DNA of 63,760 nucleotides, filler included, from Hyphochytrium catenoides (lineage: Eukaryota; Protista; Hyphochytriomycota), in NCBI GenBank assembly GCA_900088475.1. It is 11 parts of 11 records of this genome, joined end to end, with 100 filler letters (N's around TTAATTAATTAA, not from the genome) between each part and the next. Parts side by side here need not be neighbours in the genome. Positions count along the whole stretch, not along the records: positions 41,311 to 53,660 come from FLMG01000791.1; positions 53,761 to 56,486 come from FLMG01000541.1; positions 56,587 to 58,178 come from FLMG01004223.1; positions 58,279 to 59,858 come from FLMG01003746.1; positions 59,959 to 63,760 come from FLMG01002932.1; 6 more parts are not named here. One strand, given 5' to 3'. Below the pieces are notes generated by a model. The model made no database searches, had not been told where the DNA came from, and saw nothing but the letters and a program-made list of their open reading frames with translations. Positions 51,701-60,587 of the stretch are shown one piece after another (the stretch's first letter is position 1; the number at the start of each line of letters is the position of its first letter). Made by a program: the position numbers and the translations under genes.

Positions 51701-53467
51701 AAGTGCTAGTAGCACAAGAGATTCAATGGCAGAAGGTAGCACATGAACCTAGCCGTATGTGCGTTGGAGTCTCCGCCACGTCTCACGATTGCTTTCTCTG
51801 CGTAATTATCCTTTGTTTATCTTCAATTGTTTTATCTTTTGACTATCCTCGATGTACCTAGTCAGCTCTTCTAAGATCTATCATAACTACCTCCAAGGAT
51901 TAGAAGGCTCGACAGTGGAGAAGAATGTGTTATCTAATCGGCTGCTAGTCGATGCGCCCCAATCTAGTGCAGAGAACGATTTGCAGGCTGTAGACGACAT
52001 TGCGGATGGCCCGGTGGTGCAGGTAGATCACTCTTACCCTCTGGGGAATGACCGCAGAAGTCCGACTACGAGCCATCGTTAACTGGTCCGTGGCGTCGAG
52101 AGAGCTGCAACAGGGGTCTCAAACCTGCTTTTCCGCGTTTATCTTTACCTCAGATTGAAGAGACTCCAGCGCCGCTACCTCGCATTAATCCTGCCCTAAT
52201 TATCAGAGGCAACGACTTGTATGTCTATGGCGGAGTGCTGGAGGTAAGACTGATAGAAGAGTATACGGAATGACCCACAGAGCTTCGGAAGGCGCCTGCT
52301 GTCGAATATATAATCGTGAAAGGACAGTAGTGTTTCAAAAGCCCTGTAGCTAAGTGTTCTCTCTCCAGGACGGAGATCGGGAGATCACGTTGGACGACTG
52401 CTGGCGTTTAAATCTGAACAAGTTGGAGAGCTGGGACACTATCTTGGAAGGCACTATGAGCGAACAGGTTTCTTTCGAGCTTCCTATCTCTCTTCGAACT
52501 CCTCACATCCCTTTCCCTTCTTGCTGTTTGTTAGCCTGTTGCCTCGCCCTTTCACAGTCTCTACCTCCTCCTTGCAAAGTACAACATCCATTCTAAGTCG
52601 AGAACCTTTGTTTAATCTCAGCAATGGAAGGGTGAGTTGGATGACGGCAGCTCTATGGCCTCTGATGACGAGGGTGAGGGCGAAGAGGATGACGAAGATG
52701 AGGATGACGATGAAGAGGAGCTTTACCGAAATCTTGAGGTGTGTATAAAGTTTCTGTGTCAATACGAAACGATCTTCTTTTTAGGCTTTGTGCTTTCTAC
52801 CTTGGGTACACTTATTGTCTTCCCTGTCCCCCGAAGGAGCAACAAGAGGAAGACTTCAGTGAAGGAGCGACGGCAGAAATGGAGAAGGCGGCGTTTGAAG
52901 AGGAGGAGAGAACAGAGAAGAAGAAGAAAAAGGAAAAGGGAATCGCTGCAGCCATGGCTGCGTTGGGACTTGAGGGAGCCGAAGATGGCGAAGACGAAGA
53001 GGAAGATCAGGAAGGCAAAGACCTATCAAAAGCAAAAAAGAAGAAGAAGAGCTCGAAAGGAAAATCGTCTAAGAGTGACAGGTACAGAGCTAAGATCCAC
53101 AACCTTGACGCTCAAACATCCTTGTCCAACTTTGGATGGCAGTGCTGAGCTTGTCATAGGCATTGCTCTATAACTTGATCGCTTATGGTTGGCTCTTCTT
53201 CTGGGCCAGTATCCTTTATCTTGGTTACATATTCTCCAACGCTCAGCAACAACAGCTAGGCAGTACCTGTCACTCGTGTCTGATTCCTATGCTGTCGGGC
53301 TTCCTATCAATACTCCCCACTAAAAAGGTATTCCAGGCACACTCGAAGAGCGGAGATTGAAACCCTGCGAGCTCAGTTGGACATTGATGATTCTAATAGA
53401 ACGCCGCAAATAGGGGAGAACCTGAGAGATTTTTTTGCTAGAACTTCGGCCTATTGGTCCGCAGAGG
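48734..53467 (+). CDS. KLHDC4: Kelch domain-containing protein 4 homolog with C-terminal DUF4110; about 16 exons, 3' end lost in the gap
   Basis: MAKGKKK..EEDIEAILAE..PPPRANFT..FGGEYYDG..PGPRCSHQ..FGGEFATVDQFYHY..PSPRSGHRM..DREITLDDCW..TPQIGENLRDFFARTSAYW, spliced at GT-AG. Confidence 0.93.
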
Positions 53468-53760
53468 TAGGGGTTTCACCAATAGCTTAAAGGGTTAATG
53501 GTGCCCGATTTCTTGCTAAGATGGGAAAGTGGTTTCTTTTCCCTGTTTGCTTAATGCTGCTGTTCGCCTTGTCATAACAAGCTGTACCTTGAATGGGTTA
53601 CCGAGTTCGGGCTGCGCTTTAAGTGCTATGCGAGCTTAGATCCGCTGTCTAGTTCGACCTNNNNNNNNNNNNNNNNNNNNNNNNNNNNNNNNNNNNNNNN
53701 NNNNTTAATTAATTAANNNNNNNNNNNNNNNNNNNNNNNNNNNNNNNNNNNNNNNNNNNN

Positions 53761-54030
53761 TAGTGCGGGGTGTCTGGATATACCGGAGAAAAGTTTTGTA
53801 CGCTCCGGGATTTGAACCCAGGACCTCTGTCTTTGATGCCGACACCCTAACCACCAGTATGCACCATACACCAAACGTACTCTTGATTAATCTCCGTTTT
53901 TGTTTATATACCAGGGATTATCCCCTCTGCGTCGTCCGCTGTACACTCTTTGGTTTCAGCGTCGATCACAGTTCAACACTCCCCCGGAATCTAGAGAACT
54001 CTGTAAGCTCTAGATTCAAATGAAACTGAT
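53761..54030 (-). mobile_element. TRIM copy 1: 3' LTR (starts TGTTG at 53978, truncated by the gap), PPT and hairpin
   Basis: The reverse complement is about 90% similar by eye to LTR 54585-54800. PPT at 53979-53985 and hairpin at 53987-54017. Confidence 0.85.
53797..53880 (-). ncRNA. tRNA-like Pol III gene inside the TRIM LTR (copy 1)
   Basis: Acceptor stem GTACGTT/AGCGTAC plus discriminator A, A-box TGGTGTATGG, T-arm CTGGG-TTCAAAT-CCCGG, TATATAAA at -30 (53903-53910) and TTTT at 53789-53792. The anticodon arm is non-canonical. Confidence 0.8.
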
Positions 54031-54036
54031 CTTAAA

Positions 54037-54584
54037 TGTTGACGTGTGGGGGGTACTTGGGAAATTGGAAAGTGAGATTAGAATGACGTGGCGGCCGGAC
54101 CAGAAGATGCGGCCTTATCCTCACAGCCACCCATTTAGATGGTGGTCTAATTGCAATAGATATTACTAGCAGCTAACTATGCTATCTTGTAATGGCGATA
54201 TCTCAGCAACTAGAAAGAGTTAGAAGCTGAGATTTGGATAGTATAAGGACTGCCGTCCGTACTACCGGACCCTACATCCAATACTTCCCCGCAGTATGAA
54301 CAATCTAGCGAGTACTGGAGTTCTTAGAATCACCACGAGCGCCCAATGCAACACGAAACTCACGAAAACGAGGCCAAGGAAGACCCTTGGTCAGAACATC
54401 AGCCGTCATATCACACGATTTCGTAAATGTCAGCCTGATACTCCCGGATGATGTTACCTTCTCTCGGATAACACAGTGCTTCACATCCATGTGCTTGGAC
54501 TTGGGTCGAGCCATCTCGCAACCGTGATCGTGCTCTTGTTATCCTGGAAGAAGAAAAAATCGGTCCCTTCTGAGGACATCCTAG
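54037..54584 (-). mobile_element. Copia remnant: RNase H C-terminus, PPT and 3' LTR (about 54037-54283)
   Basis: FQDNKSTI..KSKHMDVKHCVIREKV..DMTADVLTKGL..F. PPT ctgcggggaag at about 54284-54294. LTR runs TATTGG (mutated TG)...TCAACA. Confidence 0.8.
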
Positions 54585-54998
54585 TGTTGGACTGTGATTG
54601 ACGCTGAAACCAAAAAGTGTACAGCGGACGACGCAGAGGGGAAGAACCCCTGGCATATTAACAAAGACGGAGATTAGTCAAGTGTACGTTTGGTGTATGG
54701 TGCATACTGGTTATGGTGTCGGCATCGAAGACAGAGGTCCTGGGTTCGAACCCGGAGCGTACAAACCTTTTTTCCGGTATATCCAGACACCCCCCAATAT
54801 TAATTCAAAGTGCTCACCATCCACAATGATAAAACCTAACATGGTGTACGCTCCGAACGATTTAACTCGGGCCATTCGCTTCTGTGACCACGGATGACCA
54901 TCACAATTCCATTTGAATCTAGAGCTTACAGAGTTCTCTAGATTCCGGGGGAGTGTTGGACTGTGATGGACGCTGAAACCAAAAAGTGTACAGCGGAC
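54585..54998 (+). mobile_element. TRIM copy 2: 257-bp 5' LTR (54585-54841), PBS 54842-54855, 112-bp internal region, PPT 54947-54953, 3' LTR from 54954 interrupted at 54998
   Basis: LTR termini are TGTTGG...CTAACA. TGG follows the LTR immediately. GGGGGAG precedes a direct repeat of the first 45 LTR bases. No ORF. Confidence 0.88.
54684..54763 (+). ncRNA. tRNA-like Pol III gene inside the TRIM LTR (copy 2)
   Basis: Acceptor stem 54684-54690 pairs with 54756-54762, discriminator A at 54763. A-box 54691-54700, B-box GGTTCGAACCC, TTTTTT at 54768-54773. Confidence 0.8.
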
Positions 54999-56141
54999 TG
55001 TTGAGAGCAGAAGCTGACAAGAGCTCTAAAAGGATCACAGTTCCAGACTCTATCTGACAAGAGGAAGAAGGCACAAAACAAAAAAGTTTCAGAGTTATGA
55101 TAACTAGATTATTATCATCAGGTAAGTCATCATATGACGTCAAGAAGTAGTAACTGGGTCTAGTAGTTTATACGAGACACAGTTACTCTCCAGAGCAACT
55201 AGACAACGTGATAACTAGGAAACAGGGTCCCATAAGCTCTTCATACTCACTTCGAGTATATCAGTAGACCACATAACCTAACAAAGAGTGTCTTCAAATC
55301 CCATACATTATAACAGGTTATCGGCCCACGCCCCCTCCAGGACTTCAGCGAGCTCTCTGGACCAACCAAACCAAGACTAAGAACAAGACTAACCCCTGGA
55401 GTAACCAGCTCTCCTCCAGGATCAAGACCAACACCACCCCTGGAGTATCCAACTCTCCTCCGGATCGGAACCCGAAGACCATTGCCGTTACCATCCCCAG
55501 TTGTGAATTCACACTCAACGAGTGAATTTACCAGCTTTGTGTCAATTATTGCCAATCTTCTGTCAATTATTCCGATATTTGACAGGATATTTGACAGTAA
55601 TTGACCATACTTGACACTTTTGTGAATTGACAGCCAAAGGTCTTATTCCACAAAAAGTGTCAATTATACCAGTGTGCCGTGTAAAATATACCCTTTTGGA
55701 CATTTTGTCAAACTCCCGTATCCCCTCTACTTCCAGAGAAAATGGACTCTCGAACCTCAGGAACTCTATCCGTCAACAAGCTTTAGGGACGAGACGACTA
55801 CCCTATCTGGAGTGTCAAAATGGAAGCCTATCTGGACGAGCTAGGTCTACTGGTCCACATTACGGATCCGGAACCCTCTGGAGCCTCTACAGCGGACACT
55901 AAAAAAGGGGGACAAGAAAACCGCAGGACGTGAACACGACTCAGAATGGCTCAGGGATGACAAGAAAGCCTAAAACAAGATTGTCCTTGCCGTGTCCGAC
56001 AACCTCGTGCGCTTTTACCAAGGAAGAAGGGAACTGCCAGGGAGGCATGGTTGAAATTGCAAGAGGAGTTCGAGAGCCGCAATGTCAACAATATTCTGAC
56101 AACCCTCATCTCTTCCCTTACCAACAAACATAGGGATGGAG
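54999..56141 (+). mobile_element. Copia element 5' part: LTR-B (54999-55315), PBS (55316-55329), degenerate gag (about 55740-56130)
   Basis: LTR TGTTGAG...ATAACA, then GGTTATCGGCCCAC, then GRDDYPIWSVKMEAYLDELGLLVHI, which resembles the gag at 58716-59258. Confidence 0.85.
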
Positions 56142-56470
56142 TGTTATAATGTATGGGATTTGAAGACACTCTTATTTAGGTTATGTGGTCTACTGATATG
56201 CTCGAAGTGAGTATGAAGAGCTTATGGGACCCTGTTTCCTAGTTATCACGTTGTCTAGTTGCTCTGGAGAGTAACTGTGTCTCGTATAAACTACTAGACC
56301 CAGTTACTACTTCTTGTCGTCGTGTGATGACTTACCTAATGATAATAATCTAGTTATTATCATAACTCCGAAACACTTTGTTTTGTGTCTTCTTCCTCTT
56401 GTCAGATAGAGTCTGGAACTGTGAGCCTTTTAGAGCTCTTGCAGCTTCTGCTCTCAACACCTCCCCGCAG
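56142..56470 (-). mobile_element. Copia 3' LTR-B (56142-56459) with PPT, opposite orientation
   Basis: Near-identical reverse complement of 54999-55315, preceded on the minus strand by ctgcggggagg. Confidence 0.88.
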
Positions 56471-57219
56471 GTCCAGACTTCCTGAGNNNNNNNNNNNNNN
56501 NNNNNNNNNNNNNNNNNNNNNNNNNNNNNNTTAATTAATTAANNNNNNNNNNNNNNNNNNNNNNNNNNNNNNNNNNNNNNNNNNNNTCTCTCTCTCTCTC
56601 TCTCTCTCTTTCCTTCTGAGTGTGCCTCGTTCCTCTTAGGTCTTCTAAGATAAGCTAGCCTCTTTTTTCCCTTTCGCCCCTTTCTCTCTTGTTTGGTATC
56701 TTGTCTCTCCTTTGCCTACTCGCGTCCTGAGGCTTCTACAGATAGGAAGACCTACTCCGCTGCTTCAGAAAGGTGGAGACGAGTTAGCTGGGTCAGCAGA
56801 AGAAGAGAGAGCAGCGCCTGGGAGGAGGGAAGAGAGAGGAGACTCACGGACCCATAGCATCGCCCTTTTGAGTGATGATGAGCACTCCCGCTGACTCTGT
56901 GTTGAAAGCTCTGAATAGATCTCTCTCTCCCTCTCTCTCTCCTCGAAGTCTCCTGTTCTTTAACTGTTGTGTCTATCTTTCCCCTTCCTCCATCCTCCTT
57001 TTTCATCTCTCCGTCTTTCCTTTCACTTTCCTCTCTCTTCCTTCTCTCCTTCTCTTCCGCTGGGTCTCGAAGACACGTTTTGCCCTCTATTTCACTCTTC
57101 TCTCTTCTTGTCTCTCCTTTTCTCTCATCCACTCTCTCCTCTCTCTCTCTCTCTGTCTCTCTCTCTCTCTGTGTCTGTCTGTCGCTCTCTCTCTCTCTGT
57201 ATCTCTGTCTCTCTGCCTC

Positions 57220-57268
<49 letters not shown>

Positions 57269-57854
57269 GTCTCTCTCTCTCTCTGTCTCTCTCTCTGTCT
57301 CTGTCTCTCTGTCTCTCTCTCTCTCTATTTCAAGAGGAGTCAGAAGTCCTGTAACGCCCAAACTGCTGATATGCTTGGCAGTCTGCTGTCTGATAACTAC
57401 AAAACCAGACAAAGCGTAATCAACGCAGAGAATCAATAATTGATATGGCGTTATTGCGCCGCTTCACATTTGTTTCCTTCTTTGTCCTCTCGACGAAAAG
57501 CTCTGGAGCTTCATCAAGCCCGGAGATTATTGCGGATCAGAGCTCTTAGTTCGGAGGACAAGAGTTGATACTTAGTAGAAGACTAAAAAGGGAAGCAGAG
57601 GAAGGAAGAGAACCGGAGTGGCATCTTGTAGGACATTCAGGACCTACCATTTTACAGTCTGAGGACTTCCGCAGGCAGAGCTGTTGCTGCTTTTTGGTTT
57701 CGTAGACTTGTGGGCGTTCTCGATTGAGCTTAGAACCTTGGACTGCTAACATTGGGATTTCCATTTGAAGCATAGTTTCAAAATGGCTCAGGTCTGTCAA
57801 ACACACTTCTGTTTGGTGGATTTGGGTTAGGGTGAGCTAAAATAATTTTCTGTG

Positions 57855-57945
57855 ATGCAGAATGCTACGAATGAGGTGGATGAGGTGATCAAGCAGCTGA
57901 AGCAGAACAAGGGCTTCAGTACTTACATTATTATGAACAATGACG
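57855..57945 (+). CDS. Dynein light chain roadblock/LC7-like, 5' exon only
   Basis: NEVDEVIKQLKQNKGFSTYIIMNNDG followed by the donor gtacgg. This matches the EVEE..KR....KGV...I.MN.DG family pattern. The rest is lost in the gap. Confidence 0.7.
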
Positions 57946-58278
57946 GTACGGCTACGGAAGATCCAAGGGTTATCTGTTGCTTGTCATTCGCTAATCTAAG
58001 TGCCCAATCCACTATGGCTGTGAGAGTCTTCCTATATGTGATGCTACGGTGCCGCTGTCACATTGTGCGCTAGATTAATTCGCATGAAAACCTCTCGTCT
58101 GTAGTTTTCTCTGTCTATCTCTGTCTCCATCTCTTTCCGCACCTTGTTCCCTTCTCTCTCTCTCTCTCTCTCTCTTTCNNNNNNNNNNNNNNNNNNNNNN
58201 NNNNNNNNNNNNNNNNNNNNNNTTAATTAATTAANNNNNNNNNNNNNNNNNNNNNNNNNNNNNNNNNNNNNNNNNNNN

Positions 58279-59668
58279 TAACAAGGCACTAAGTTGCTCA
58301 TGGCCTACTGTTGACAGTTGTGACACCGGCAGCTTGTGCAAGTGGAAGCGAGGCTTCCATCCTGATGGCCTGCGCGCAGCATTCTCTGGAAGCTCGAAGC
58401 AGTCTGCGCTGATATGTCCCTTTTTCCTGCAGATCCCGCACCGCCTGCTACCACGCGCAGGTCTCCTGTCTTCGCTGATCTGGGGGGATCTTCCCTTCTC
58501 CTTTCCCCCCTGGTGTAGAGAGAGCATTTATCTCTGAAAAAGGTAGAGTATCCGGGAAGTGCACAGAGCTAAACACTCTTCTCTGTTCATCAGCCATAAT
58601 ACGGTTGATGACCTCATTTGCAGGAAGAGAGGAAGTCCCTAGGACGTACAGGTGGCTCACTATAGAGCCAAAGGACGGAGGGAGGCTCTGGAGAATTGAA
58701 GAGATCAGGATTGTCTCATAGATGTCCTGCTGGTTCTCTTTCTTCTTTCTCTTTTCGAAGATATCCTTTATTTAGAGCCTCTGTCCTCTGTTTCAGCAGG
58801 GTGGTCAGGTGGGATCTCAGAGAGGTGGTGCCTCCAGAATCAAACCTGGAGTTGGTGATCTCCTGAAGACGCCTGAGGACGTTGTCCCCTTCCTTTCCAT
58901 CCATCTGCTCCTGTAGTTTGAGCCATCCCGCGTACGCTGATTCTTGCCCTACCAGCAGCGACAGGAGCTCATCAGAGACTAGGGGAACCAGTTTGTTGAT
59001 CGTCTTCCGATCATTCTTCTTCCAGTTCTTCTTGCTTGTCTCTGTGAAATCCCTACTGGTGAGCGGGTCTTTGCCATCAGCCAGCAGTGTCTGACTCTCA
59101 TCCTCGACGTGGACGAGAAGGTCTAACTCATCCAGGAAACTTCGAACCCGGCTTGACCAGATAGAATACTGGTCCTTGCTGTGTAGAACAGCGATATTGT
59201 TGTGCGGATGAACTCCGCCTTCCTTTGATGTCATTGTTGGATGTGACAGGATCGTCACTCTAGCAGCTCAAGTGAGAAGAGGAGAAGCAACAGTCACGAC
59301 CAACTGCGAGTGTGGGCCTAACATAACCTGATGAAGTTTACAGAGCTGGTGGCAATGCCTGAAGCTTCTGTATGAGCACAATCTAGATGCAATGATAACA
59401 AAGGGACTTGGTATTGATGTGTGTGGAGATTTTCTGAAAATGATCACTGGGTGCTGAGAGCCTGGTCGGGGACTCGAGATCTTTTGCTCGGCCCAGCTTC
59501 CCTCATCATCTCTCTCTCCTCTGCTGCTCCTGTGTTCTTCTGGAAATTCTTCTCACATCCCTCTTTCGCATAACACAGGTGTACCCGTAACGTCTATGTC
59601 CCTGAGAGCTAGGTGTGTATAGAGAGTGACTACTGTACTACTGACAACGAACATAGTAGCACTCAACA
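58279..59668 (-). mobile_element. Copia element 5' part: LTR-C (59329-59668), PBS (59312-59328), frameshifted gag
   Basis: LTR TGTTGAG...CATCA and PBS GGTTATGTTAGGCCCAC. Gag QYSIWSSRVRSFLDELDLL..WKKNDRK..SAYAGWLKL, and Zn knuckle CGICRKKGHISADC. Confidence 0.88.
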
Positions 59669-59808
59669 CAATGTTGCTGCCTTTTTGCCTGTTTGAGTAG
59701 AAAGGCCCCAGAGCGAGACTCGTCGATAACCACATCACGCCGCACAGAGGGTCCTTGCCCAAAGCTTCTACCATTCCTCTTTCTGATGATGGCGCTGACC
59801 GGTTGGCT

Positions 59809-59858
59809 TGTTATAATGTATGGGATTTGAAGACACTCTTATTTAGGTTATGTGTTCT
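59809..59858 (-). mobile_element. Third LTR-B copy (3' end, truncated by the gap)
   Basis: tgttataatgtatgggatttgaagacactcttatttaggttatgtg is identical to 56142-56187. Confidence 0.85.
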
Positions 59859-60538
59859 NNNNNNNNNNNNNNNNNNNNNNNNNNNNNNNNNNNNNNNNNN
59901 NNTTAATTAATTAANNNNNNNNNNNNNNNNNNNNNNNNNNNNNNNNNNNNNNNNNNNNGGCGGGGGCGCAGCCTCAGCCACCGCCGCGATACTTTGCGGT
60001 GGGCGCCTGTATGTGCACTCCGCCGCCATCTCTCTCTCTTTCTTTCTCTCTCTCTCTCTCGTTCGTTCTCTTTCTGTTATGCTTTTGCTCTCCGTCTCTC
60101 TCTCCTCTCCGAAGCAAGGCTGGCGTTGAGTAGGTGCTGCGCCAAGATCCCGAGGAGAGCTAGCTTCTCTCTTTGCTATTCATTTACAGTTCTTCTTCTC
60201 TCTCTCTCCTCTCTCTGTTCTCTCTCTCTTCTCTCTCTCTTTTCTCTCTCTTCTCTCTCTCTTCTCTCTCTCCTCTCTCTCTTGAAGATGATTCTCTTAT
60301 TATCACGCTTTGTCCGTCAATCCTTTTCTCTCCCCTGTTCTTCTCTTTGCGTTGGCGGTGGAGCTTACGATCTGTCCCGTGCTAGTGCGCTTCCTCTTCT
60401 CTCTCATTGTCGTTCCTCTCTTTCTTTCTATCTCTCCCTCTCTTTTTTTCTCTTCCTCACTCTCTTTCCTCTTCCTCCCCTTCTCTCTCTTCGTCCTCTC
60501 TCTCTCTTTCTTCCCCTTCCTTTCTTTCTCTCTCTCTC

Positions 60539-60587
<49 letters not shown>

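Noticed and set aside
53797-53880. Possible TCA-anticodon (Sec or opal suppressor) tRNA
   Set aside because: The anticodon arm does not fold canonically, the other copy reads TCG, there is no long Sec variable arm, and it lies within an LTR.
53467-54030. TRIM nest inserted in the last KLHDC4 intron
   Set aside because: They are separated by an artificial gap (53661-53760), so adjacency is unproven.
54684-54790. Stand-alone tRNA-derived SINE
   Set aside because: It sits at the same position inside TG...CA LTRs with PBS/PPT context in both copies, and has no tail or TSD of its own.
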